Shown here in pieces: positions 28,301-40,800 of a stretch of 64,000 nt of DNA. Each line of letters opens with the position of its first letter. The first letter of the stretch is position 1. The DNA comes from Eledone cirrhosa (Eukaryota), in NCBI GenBank assembly GCA_964016885.1, contig OZ024740.1, positions 211,234,001 to 211,298,000 of the forward strand, written 5' to 3'. The notes under the pieces were generated by a model. The model searched no databases. It was not told the origin of the DNA and worked only from the letters and a program-made list of their open reading frames with translations. A program made the translations under genes and the position numbers.

Positions 28301-29060
28301 TGTAAGTTGATAGTAGAAGGTAGCCATGATAGAAGTTTACAATGAAAGTCTCCCATAAGTTAATAGTAGAAGGTAGCCATGATAGGAGTTTACAATGAAA
28401 GTCTCCCATAAGTTGATAGTAGAAGGTAGCCATGATAGAAGTTTACAATGAAAGTCTCTCATAAGTTGATAGTAGATGGTAGTCATGATACAAGTTTACA
28501 ATGAAAGTGTCCCAAAAAATGATAGTAGAAGGTAGCCATGAAAGAAGTTTACAATGAAAGCCTCCCATAAGTTGATAGTAGAAGGTAGCCATGATAGAAG
28601 TTTACAATTAAAGTCTCTCATGAAATAATAGTAGAAGGTAGCCATGATAGAAGTTTACAATGAAAGTCTCTCATAAGTTGATAGTAGATGGTAGCCATGA
28701 GAGAAGTTTACAATGAAAGTCTCTCATAAGTTGATAGTAGATGGTAGCCATGATAGAAGTTTACAATGAAAGTCTCCCATAAAATGATAGTAGAAGGTAG
28801 CCATGATAGAAGTTTACAATGAAAGTCTCTCATAAGTTGATAGTAGATGGTAGCCATGATAGAAGTTTACAATGAAAGTCTCTCATAAGTTGATAGTAGA
28901 TGGTAGCCATGATAGATATTTACAATGAAATTCTCCCATAAGTTGATAGTAGAAGGTAGCCATGATAGAAGTTTACAATGAAAGTCTCCCATAAAATGAT
29001 AGTAGAAGGTAGCCATGATAGAAGTTTACAATGAAAGTCGCCCATAAGTTGATAGTAGAA
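22400..29060 (+). repeat. Four copies of a 30-monomer (1,590 bp) unit with a ~14-monomer interruption and a shortened fourth copy
   Basis: CTAAAAAAGTTGATG at 22521, 24111, 26443, 28033 (spacings 1590, 2332, 1590 = 30, 44, 30 monomers). GCCTCCTGTAAG, GATAGGAG and GTGTCCCAAAAAATG follow in each copy. Confidence 0.9.
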
Positions 29061-32000
29061 GGTAGCCATGATAGAAGTTTACAATGAAAGTCTCCCATAA
29101 GTTGATAGTAGAAGGTAGCCATGATAGAAGTTTACAATTAAAGACTCCCATAAAATGATAGTAGAAGGTAGCCATGATAGAAGTTTACAATGAAAGTCTC
29201 CCATAAGTTGAAAGTAGAAGGTAGCCATGATACAAGTTTACAATGAATGTCTCCCATAAAATGATAGTAGAAGGTAGCCATGATAGAAGTTTACAATGAA
29301 AGTCCCCCATAAATTGATAGTAGAAGGTAGCCATGATAGAAGTTTACAATGAAAGTCTCCCATAAAATGATAGTAGAAGGTAGCCATGATAGAAGTTTAC
29401 AATGAAAGTCTCCCATAAGTTGAAAGTAGAAGGTAGCCATGATACAAGTTTACAATGAATGTCTCCCATAAAATGATAGTAGAAGGTAGCCATGATAGAA
29501 GTTTACAATGAAAGTCTCCCATAAGTTGATAGTAGAAAGCAGCCATGATAGAAGTTTACAATGAATGTCTCCCATAAAATGATAGTAGAAGGTAGCCATG
29601 ATAGAAGTTTACAATGAAAGTCTCCCATTAAATGATAGTAGAAGGTAGCCATGATAGAAGTTTACAATGAAAGTCCCCCATAAGTTGATAGTAGAAGGTA
29701 GCCATGATAGAAGTTTACAATGAAAGACTCCCATAAAATTATAGTTGAAGGTAGCCAAGATAGAAGTTTACAATGAAAGTCTCCCATAAAATGATAGTAG
29801 AAGGTAAACAAGATAGAAGTTTACAATGAAAGTCTCCCATAAGTTGATAGTAGAAGGTAGCCATGATAGAAGTTTACGATGAAAGTCTCCCATAAGTTGA
29901 TATTGGAAGGTAGCCATGATAGAAGTTTACGATGAAAGTCTCCCATAAGTTAATAGCAGAAGGTAGCCATGATACAAGTTTACAATGAATGTCTCCCATA
30001 AAATAATAGTAGAAGGTAGCCATGATAGAAGTTTAAAATGAAAGTCTCCCATAAGTTGATAGTAGAAGGTAGCCATGATAGAAGTTTACAATGAAAGTCT
30101 CCCATAAGCTGATAGTAGAACGTAGCCATGATAGAAGTTTACAATGAAAATCTCCCGTCAGTTGATAGTAGAAGGTAGCCATGATAGAAGTTTACAATTA
30201 AAGACTCCAATAAAATGATAGTAGAAGGTAGCCATGATAGAAGTTTACAATGAATGTCTCCCATGAATTGATAGTAGAAGGGAGTGTTGATAGAAGTTTA
30301 CAATGAAAGTCTCCCATAAAATGATAGTAGAAGGTAGCCATGATAGAAGTTTACAATGGAAGTCCCCCATAAGATGATAGTAGAAGGTAGCCATGATAGA
30401 AGTTTACAATGAAAGTCTCCCATAAGCTGATAGTAGAACGTAGCCATGATAGAAGTTTACAATGAAAGTCTCCCATAAGTTGATAGTAGAAGGTAGCCAT
30501 GATAGAAGTTTACAATTAAAGACTCCCATAAAATGATAGTAGAAGGTAGCCATGATAGAAGTTTACAATGAAAGTCTCCCGTAAGTTGTTAGTAGAAGGT
30601 AGCCATGATAGAAGTTTACAATTAAAGACTCCCATAAAATGATAGTAGAAGGTAGCCATGATAGAAGTTTACAATGAATGTCTCCCATAAAATGATAGTA
30701 GAAGGTAGCCATGATAGAAGTTTACAATGAAAGTCTCCTGTAAGTTGATAGTAGAAGGTAGCCATGATAGAAGTTTACAATGAAAGTCTCCCATAAGTTA
30801 ATAGTAGAAGGTAGCCATGATAGAAGTTTACAATGAAAGACTCCCATAAGTTGATAGTAGAAGGTAGCCATGATAGAAGTTTACAATGAATGTCTCTCAT
30901 AAAATATTAGTAGAAGGTAGCCATGATAGAAGTTTACAATGAAAGTCTCCCATAAGTTGATAGTAGAAGGTAGCCATGATAGAAGTTTACAATGAAAGTC
31001 TCCCATAAGTTGATAGTAGAAGGTAGCCATGATAGAAGTTTACAAGGAAAGTCCCCCAGAAGTTGATAGTAGAAGGTAGCCATGATAGAAGTTTACAATG
31101 AAAGTCCCCCAGAAGTTGATAGTAGAAGGTAGCCATTATAGAAGTTTACAATGAAAGTCTCCCATAAGTTGATAGTAGAAGGTAGCCATGATAGAAGTTT
31201 ACAATGAAAGTCCCCCAGAAGTTGATAGTAGAAGGTAGCCATGATAGAAGTTTACAATGAAAGTCTCCCATAAAATAATAATAGAAGGTAGCCATGATAG
31301 AAGTTTACAATGAAAATCTCCCATAAAATAATAGTAGAAGGTAGCCATGATAGAAGTTTACAATGAATGTCTCCCATAAAATGATAGTAGAAGGGAGACA
31401 TGATAGAAGTTTACAATGAAAGTCCCCCATAAGTTGATAGTAGAAGGTAGCCATGATAGAAGTTTACAATGAAAGTCTCCCATAAAATCATAGTAGAAGG
31501 TAGCCATGATAGAAGTTCACAATTAAAGTCTCCCATAAAATGATAGTAGAAGGTAGCCATGATAGAATTTTACAATGAAAGTCTCTCATGAGTTGATAGT
31601 AGAAGGTAGACATGATAGAAGTTTACAATGAAAGTCCCCCATAAGTTGATAGTAGAAGGTAGCCATGATAGAAGTTTACAATGAAAGTCCCCCAGAAGTT
31701 GATAGTAGAAGGTAGCCATGATAGAAGTTTACAATGAAAGTCTCCATAAAATAATAGTAGAAGGTAGCCATGATAGAAGTTTACAATGAAAGTCTCCCAT
31801 AAAATAATAGTAGAAGGTAGCCATGATAGAAGTTTACAATGAATGTCTCCCATAAAATGATAGTAGAAGGTAGACATGATAGAAGTTTACAATGAAAGTC
31901 CCCATAAGTTGAAAGTAGAAGGTAGCCATGATAGAAGTTTACAATGAAAGTCTCCCATGAGTTGATAGCAGAAGGTAGCCATGATAGAAGTTTACAATGA

Positions 32001-32564
32001 AAGTCTCCCATAAAATCATAGTAGGAGGTAGCCATGATAGAAGTTCACAATTAAAGTATCCCATAAATTGATAGTAGAAGGTAGCCATGATAGAAGTTTA
32101 CGATTAAAGTCTCCCATAAAATGATATTAGAAGGTAGCCATGATAGAAGTTTACAATGAAAGTCTCCCATAAGCTGATAGTAGAACGTAGCCATGATAGA
32201 AGTTTAAAATGAAAGTCTCCCATAAGTTGATAGTAGAAGGTAGCCATGATAGAAGTTTACAATTAAAGACTCCCATAAAATGATTGTAGAAGGTAGCCAT
32301 GATAGAAGTTTACAATGAAAGTCTCCCGTAAGTTGTTAGTAGAAGGTAGCCATGATAGAAGTTTATAATTAAAGACTCCCATAAAATGATAGTAGAAGGT
32401 AGCCATGATAGAAATTTACAATGAATGTCTCCCATAAAATGATAGTAGAAGGGAGTGTTGATAGAAGTTTACAATGAAAGTCTCCCATAAAATGATAGTA
32501 GAAGGTAGCCATGATAGAAGTTTACAATGAAAGTCTCCCATAAGCTGATATTAGAACATACCCA

Positions 32565-35500
32565 TGATAGAAGTTTACAATGAAAGTCTCCCATAAGTTG
32601 ATAGTAGAAGGTAGCCATGATAGAAGTTTACAATTAAAGACTCCCATAAAATGATAGTAGAAGGTAGCCATGATAGAAGTTTACAATGAAAGTCTCCCGT
32701 AAGTTGATAGTAGAAAGTAGCCATGATAGAAGTTTACAATGAAAGTCTCCCATAAGTTAATAGTAGAAGGTAGCCATGATAGAAGTTTACAATGAAAGAC
32801 TCCCATAAGTTGATAGTAGAAGGTAGCCATGATAGAAGTTTACAATGAATGTCTCTCATAAAATATTAGTAGAAGGTAGCCATGATAGAAGTTTTCAATG
32901 AAAGTCTCCCATAAGTTGATAGTAGAAGGTAGCCATGATAGAAGTTTACAATGAAAGTCTCCCATAAGTTGATAGTAGAAGGTAGCCATGATAGAAGTTT
33001 ACAATGAAAGTCCCCCAGAAGTTGATAGTAGAAGGTAGCCATGATAGAAGTTTACAATGAAAGTCCCCCAGAAGTTGATAGTAGAAGGTATCCATGATAG
33101 AAGTTTACAATGAAAGTCTCCCATAAGTTGATAGTAGAAGGTAGCCATGATAGAAGTTTACAATGAAAGTCCCCCAGAAGTTGATAGTAGAAGGTAGCCA
33201 TGATAGAAGTTTACAATGAAAGTCTCCCATAACATAATAGTAGAAGGTAGCCATGATAGAAGTTTACAATGAATGTCTCCCATAAAATGATAGTAGAAGG
33301 TAGACATGATAGAAGTTTACAATGAAAGTCCCCCATAAGTTGATAGTAGAAGGTAGCCATGATAGAAGTTTACAATGAAAGTCTCCCATAAAATCATAGT
33401 AGAAGGTAGCCATGATAGAAGTTCACAATTAAAGTCTCCCATAAAATGATAGTAGAAGGTAGCCATGATAGAATTTTACAATGAAAGTCTCTCATGAGTT
33501 GATAGTAGAAGGTAGACATGATAGAAGTTTACAATGAAAGTCCCCCATGAGTTGATAGTAGAAGGTAGCCATGATAGAAGTTTACAATGAAAGTCCCCCA
33601 GAAGTTGATAGTAGAAGGTAGCCATGATAGTAGTTTACAATGAAAGTCTCCTATAAAATAATATTAGAAGGTAGCCATGATAGAAGTTTACAATTAAAGT
33701 CTCCCATAAAATGATAGTAGAATGTAGCCATGATAGAAGTTTACAATGAAAGTCCCCCAGAAGTTGATAGTAGAAGATAGCCATGATAGAAGTTTACAAT
33801 GAAAGTCTCCCATAAAATAATAGTAGAAGGTAGCCATGATAGAAGTTTACAATTAAAGTATCCCATAAAATGATAGTAGAAGGTAGCCATGATAGAAGTT
33901 TACAATTAAAGTCTCCCGTAAAATGATAGTAGAAGGTAGCCATGATAGAAGTTTACAATGAAAGTCTCCCATAAAATGATAGTAGAAGGTAGACATGATA
34001 GAAGTTTACAATGAAAGTCTCCCATAAGTTGATAGCAGAAGGTAGCCATGATAGAAGTTTACAATGAATGTCTCCCATAAAATGATAGTAGAAGGTAGCC
34101 ATGATAGAAGTTTACAATGAAAGTCTCCCATAAGTTGATAGTAGAAGGTAGCCATGATAGAAGTTTACAATTAAAGACTCCCATAAAATGATAGTAGAAG
34201 GTAGCCATGATAGAAGTTTACAATGAAAGTCTCCCGTAAGTTGATAGTAGAAAGTAGCCATGATAGAAGTTTACAATGAAAGTCTCCCATAAGTTAATAG
34301 TAGAAGGTAGCCATGATAGAAGTTTACAATGAAAGACTCCCATAAGTTGATAGTAGAAGGTAGCCATGATAGAAGTTTACAATGAATGTCTCTCATAAAA
34401 TATTAGTAGAAGGTAGCCATGATAGAAGTTTTCAATGAAAGTCTCCCATAAGTTGATAGTAGAAGGTAGCCATGATAGAAGTTTACAATGAAAGTCTCCC
34501 ATAAGTTGATAGTAGAAGGTAGCCATGATAGAAGTTTACAATGAAAGTCCCCCAGAAGTTGATAGTAGAAGGTAGCCATGATAGAAGTTTACAATGAAAG
34601 TCCCCCAGAAGTTGATAGTAGAAGGTATCCATGATAGAAGTTTACAATGAAAGTCTCCCATAAGTTGATAGTAGAAGGTAGCCATGATAGAAGTTTACAA
34701 TGAAAGTCCCCCAGAAGTTGATAGTAGAAGGTAGCCATGATAGAAGTTTACAATGAAAGTCTCCCATAACATAATAGTAGAAGGTAGCCATGATAGAAGT
34801 TTACAATGAATGTCTCCCATAAAATGATAGTAGAAGGTAGACATGATAGAAGTTTACAATGAAAGTCCCCCATAAGTTGATAGTAGAAGGTAGCCATGAT
34901 AGAAGTTTACAATGAAAGTCTCCCATAAAATCATAGTAGAAGGTAGCCATGATAGAAGTTCACAATTAAAGTCTCCCATAAAATGATAGTAGAAGGTAGC
35001 CATGATAGAATTTTACAATGAAAGTCTCTCATGAGTTGATAGTAGAAGGTAGACATGATAGAAGTTTACAATGAAAGTCCCCCATGAGTTGATAGTAGAA
35101 GGTAGCCATGATAGAAGTTTACAATGAAAGTCCCCCAGAAGTTGATAGTAGAAGGTAGCCATGATAGTAGTTTACAATGAAAGTCTCCTATAAAATAATA
35201 TTAGAAGGTAGCCATGATAGAAGTTTACAATTAAAGTCTCCCATAAAATGATAGTAGAATGTAGCCATGATAGAAGTTTACAATGAAAGTCCCCCAGAAG
35301 TTGATAGTAGAAGATAGCCATGATAGAAGTTTACAATGAAAGTCTCCCATAAAATAATAGTAGAAGGTAGCCATGATAGAAGTTTACAATTAAAGTATCC
35401 CATAAAATGATAGTAGAAGGTAGCCATGATAGAAGTTTACAATTAAAGTCTCCCGTAAAATGATAGTAGAAGGTAGCCATGATAGAAGTTTACAATGAAA

Positions 35501-35670
35501 GTCTCCCATAAAATGATAGTAGAAGGTAGACATGATAGAAGTTTACAATGAAAGTCTCCCATAAGTTGATAGCAGAAGGTAGCCATGATAGAAGTTTACA
35601 ATGAATGTCTCCCATAAAATGATAGTAGAAGGTAGCCATGATAGAAGTTTACAATGAAAGTCTCCCATAA
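32565..35670 (+). repeat. Higher-order duplication, period 1,537 bp (29 monomers), 2 copies
   Basis: CCCGTAAGTTGATAGTAGAAAGTAG at 32696/34233 and GTTTTCAATG at 32891/34428; offset 1537=29x53. Confidence 0.92.
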
Positions 35671-37899
35671 AATGATAGTAGAAGGTAGCCATGATAGAAG
35701 TTTACAATGAAAGTCTCCCATAAAATCATAGTAGGAGGTAGCCATGATAGAAGTTCACAATTAAAGTATCCCATAAAATGATAGTAGAAGGTAGCCATGA
35801 TAGAAGTTTACAATTAAAGTCTCCCATAAAATGATAGTAGAAGGTAGCCATGATAGAAGTTTACAATGAAAGTCTCCCATAAGCTGATAGTAGAACGTAG
35901 CCATGATAGATGTTTAAAATGAAAGTCTCCCATAAGTTGATAGTAGAAGGTAGCCATGATAGAAGTTTACAATTAAAGACTCCCATAAAATGATTGTAGA
36001 AGGTAGCCATGATAGAAGTTTACAATGAAAGTCTCCCGTAAGTTGTTAGTAGAAGGTAGCCATGATAGAAGTTTATAATTAAAGACTCCCATAAAATGAT
36101 AGTAGAAGGTAGCCATGATAGAAATTTACAATGAATGTCTCCCATAAAATGATAGTAGAAGGGAGTGTTGATAGAAGTTTACAATGAAAGTCTCCCATAA
36201 AATGATAGTAGAAGGTAGCCATGATAGAAGTTTACAATGAAAGTCTCCCATAAGCTGATATTAGAACGTACCCATGATAGAAGTTTACAATGAAAGTCTC
36301 CCATAAGTTAATAGTAGAAGGTAGCCATGATAGAAGTTTACAATGAAAGACTCCCATAAGTTGATAGTAGAAGGTAGCCATGATAGAAGTTTACAATGAA
36401 TGTCTCTCATAAAATATTAGTAGAAGGTAGCCATGATAGAAGTTTACAATGAAAGTCTCCCATAAGTTGATAGTAGAAGGTAGCCATGATAGAAGTTTAC
36501 AATGAAAGTCTCCCATAAGTTGATAGTAGAAGGTAGCCATGATAGAAGTTTACAATGAAAGTCTCCCATAAGTTGATAGTAGAAGGTAGCCATGATAGAA
36601 GTTTACAATGAAAGTCTCCCATCAGTTGATAGTAGAAGGTAGCCATGATAGAAGTTTACAATGAAAGTCCCCCAGAAGTTGATAGTAGAAGGTAGCCATG
36701 ACAGAAGTTTACAATGAAAGTCTCCCATAACATAATAGTAGAAGGTAGCCATGATAGAAGTTTACAATGAATGTCTCCCATAAAATGATAGTAGAAGGTA
36801 GACATGATAGAAGTTTACAATGAAAGTCCCCCATAAGTTGATAGTAGAAGGTAGCCATGATAGAAGTTTACAATGAAAGTCTCCCATAAAATCATAGTAG
36901 AAGGTAGCCATGATAGAAGTTTACAATTAAAGTCTCCCATAAAATGATAGTAGAAGGTAGCCATGATAGAAGTTTACAATGAAAGTCCCCCAGAAGTTGA
37001 TAGTAGAAGGTAGCCATGATAGAAGTTTACAATTAAAGTCTCCCATAAAATGATAGTAGAAGGTAGCCATGATAGAAGTTTACAATTAAAGTCTCCCATA
37101 AAATGATAGTAGAAGGTAGCCATGATAGAAGTTTACAATGAAAGTCTCCCATAAAATGATAGTAGAAGGTAGACATGATAAAAGTTTACAATGAAAGTCT
37201 CCCATAAGTTGATGGTAGAATGTAGCCATGATAGAAGTTTACAATGAAAATCTCCCATAAAATGAGAGTAGAAGGTAGACATGATACAAGTTTACAATGA
37301 AAGTCTCCCATAAGTTGATAGTAGAATGTAGCCATAATAGAAGTTTACAATGAAAGTCTCCCATAAAATGATAGTAGAAGGTAGCGATGATAGAAGTTTA
37401 CAATGAATGTCTCCCATAAAATAATAGTAGAAGGTAGCCATGATAGAAGTTTAAAATGAAAGTCTCCCATAAGTTGATAGTAGAAAGCAGCCATGATAGA
37501 AGTTTACAATGAATGTCTCCCATAAAATGATAGTAGAAGGGAGCCATGATAGAAGTTTACAATGAAAGTCTCCCATAAAATGATAGAAGGTAGCCATGAT
37601 AGAAGTTTGCAATGAAAGTCTCCCATAAAATGATAGTAGAAGGTAGCCATGATAGAAGTTTACAATGAAAGTCTCCCATAAGTTGATAGTGGAAGGTAGC
37701 CATGATAGAAGTTTACAATGAAAGTCTCCCATAAGTTGATAGCAGAAGGTAGCCATGATAGAAGTTTACAATGAATGTCTCCCATAAAATAATAGTAGAA
37801 GGTAGCCATGATAGAAGTTTAAAATGAAAGTCTCCCATAAGTTGATAGTAGAAAGCAGCCATGATAGAAGTTTACAATGAATGTCTCCCATAAAATGAT

Positions 37900-40800
37900 A
37901 GTAGAAGGTAGCCATGATAGAAGTTTACAATGAAAGTCTCTCATAAGTTGATAGTAGAAGGTAGCCATGATAGAAGTTTACAATGAAAGTCTCCCATAAA
38001 ATGATAGTAGAAGGTAGCCATGATAGAGGTTTACAATGAAAGTCCCCCATAAGTTGATAGTAGAAGGTAGCCATGATAGAAGTTTACAATGAAAGTCTCC
38101 CATAAGTTGATAGTAGAAGGTAGCCATGATAGAAGTTTACAATGAAAGTCTCCCATAAGTTGATAGTAGAAGGTAGCCATGATAGAAGTTTACAATGAAA
38201 GTCTCCCATTAAAGGATAGTAGAAGGTAGCCATGATAGAAGTTTACAATGAAAGTCTCCCATTAAATGATAGTAGAAGGTAGCCATGATAGAAGTTTACA
38301 ATGAAAGTCCCCCATAAGTTGATAGTAGAAGGTAGCCATGATAGAAGTTTACAATGAAAGTCTCCCATAAAATTATAGTAGAAGGTAGCCAAGATAGAAG
38401 TTTACAATGAAAGTCTACCATAAGTTGATAGTAGAAGGTAGCCATGATAGAAGTTTACAATGAAAGTCCCCCATAAGTTGATAGTAGAAGGTAGCCATGA
38501 TAGAAGTTTACAATGAAAGTAACCAATAAAATCATAATAGAAGGTAGCCAAGTTAGAAGTGTACAATGAAAGTCTCCCATAAAATTATAGTAGAAAGTAG
38601 CCATGATAGAAGTTTACAATGAAAGTCTCCCATAAAATGATAGTGGAAGGTAGCCATGATAGAAGTTTACAATGAAAGTCTCCCATCAGTTGATAGTAGA
38701 ACGTAGCCATGATAGAAGTTTACAATGAAAGTCTCCCATAAAATGATAGTAGAAGGTAGCCATGATAGAAGTTTACGATGAAAGTCTCCCATAATTTGAT
38801 AGTGGAATGTAGACATGATAGAAGTTTACAATGAAAGTCTCCCGTAAGTTGATAGTAGAAGGTAGCCATGATAGAAGTTTACAATGAAAGTCTCCCATAA
38901 GTTGATAGTGGAAGGTAGCCATGATAGAAGTTTACAATTAAAGACTCCCATAAAATGATAGTAGAAGGTAGCCATGATAGAAGTTTACAATGAAAGTCTC
39001 CCATAAGTTAATAGTAGAAGGTAGCCATGATAGAAGTTTACAATGAAAGTCTCCCATAAGTTGATAGTAGAAGGTAACCATGATAGACGTTTACAATGAA
39101 AGTCTCCCATAAGTTAATAGTAGAAGGTAGCCATGATAGAAGTTTACGATGCAAGTCTCCCATTAAATGATAGTAGAAGGTAGCCATGATAGAAGTTTAC
39201 AATGAAAGTCTCTCATAAGCTGATAGTAGAAGGTAGCCATGATAGAAGTTTACAATGAAAGTCTCCCATTAAATGATAGTAGAAGGTAGCCATGATAGAA
39301 GTTTACAATGAAAGTCTCCCATAAAATGATTGTAGAAGGTAGCCATGATAGATGTTTACAATGAAAGTCTCCCATAAGTTGATAGTAGAAGGTAGCCATG
39401 ATAGAAGTTTACAATGAAAGTCTCCCATAAAATGATAGTAGAAGGTAGCAATGATAGAAGTTTACAATGAAAGTCTCCCATAAAATGATAGTAGAAGGTA
39501 GCCATGATAGAAGTTTACATTGAAAGTCTCCCATAAGTTGATAGTGGAAGGTAGCCATGATAGAAGTTTACAATGAAAGTCTCCCATAAGTTGATAGCAG
39601 AAGGTAGCCATGATACAAGTTTAAAATGAATGCCTCCCATAAAATAATAGTAGAAGGTAGCCATGATAGAAGTTTAAAATGAAAGTCTCCCATAAGTTGA
39701 TAGTAGAAAGCAGCCATGCTAGAAGTTTACAATGAATGTCTCCCATAAAATGATAGTAGAAGGTAGTCTTGATAGAAGTTTACAATGAAACTCTCCCATA
39801 AAATGATAGTAGAAGGTAGCCATGATAGAAGTTTACAATGAAAGACCACATAAGTTCATAGTAGAAAGTAGCCATGCTAGAAGTTTACAATGAATGCCTC
39901 CCATAAGTTGATAGTAGAAGGTAGTCTTGATAGAAGTTTACAATGAAAGTCTCCCATAAGCTGATAGTAGAAGGGAGCCATGATAGAAGTTTACAATGAA
40001 AGTCTCCCATAAAATGATAGTAGAAGGTAGCCATGATAGAAGTTTACAATGAAAGTCTCCCATAAAATGATAGTAGAAGGTAGCCATGATAGAAGTTTAC
40101 AATGAAAGTCTACCATAAGTTGATAGTAGAAGGTAGCCATGATAGAAGTTTACAATGAAAGTCTCCCATAAAATGATAGTAGAAGGTAGCCATGATAGAA
40201 GTTTATAATGAAAGTCTCCCATAAGTTGATAGTAGAAGGTAGCCATGATAGAAGTTTACAATTAAAGTCTCTCATAAAATAATAGTAGAAGGTAGCCATG
40301 ATAGAAGTTTACAATTAAAGTCTCTCATAAAATAATAGTAGAAGGTAGCCATGATAGAAGTTTACAATGAAAGTCTCACATAAGTTGATAGTAGAAGGTA
40401 GCCATGATAGAAGTTTACAATGAAAGTCTCCCATAAAATGATAGTAGAAGGTGGCCATGATAGAAGTTTACAATGAAAGTCTCCCATAAAATGATAGTAG
40501 AAGGTGGCCATGATAGAAGTTTACAATGAAAGTCTCCCATACGTTGATAGTAGAAAGTAGCCATGATAGAAGTTTACAATGAAAGTCTCCCATAAGTTGA
40601 TAGTAGAAGGTAGCCATGATAGAAGTTTACAATGAATGCCCCCCATAAGTTGATAGAGAAGGTACCCATGATAGAAGTTTACAATGAAAGTCTCCCATAA
40701 GTTATTGGTAGAATGTAGCCATGATAGAAGTTTACAATGAAAGTCTCCCATAAAATGATAGTAGAAGGTAGTCATGATAGAAGTTTACAATGAAAGTCTC

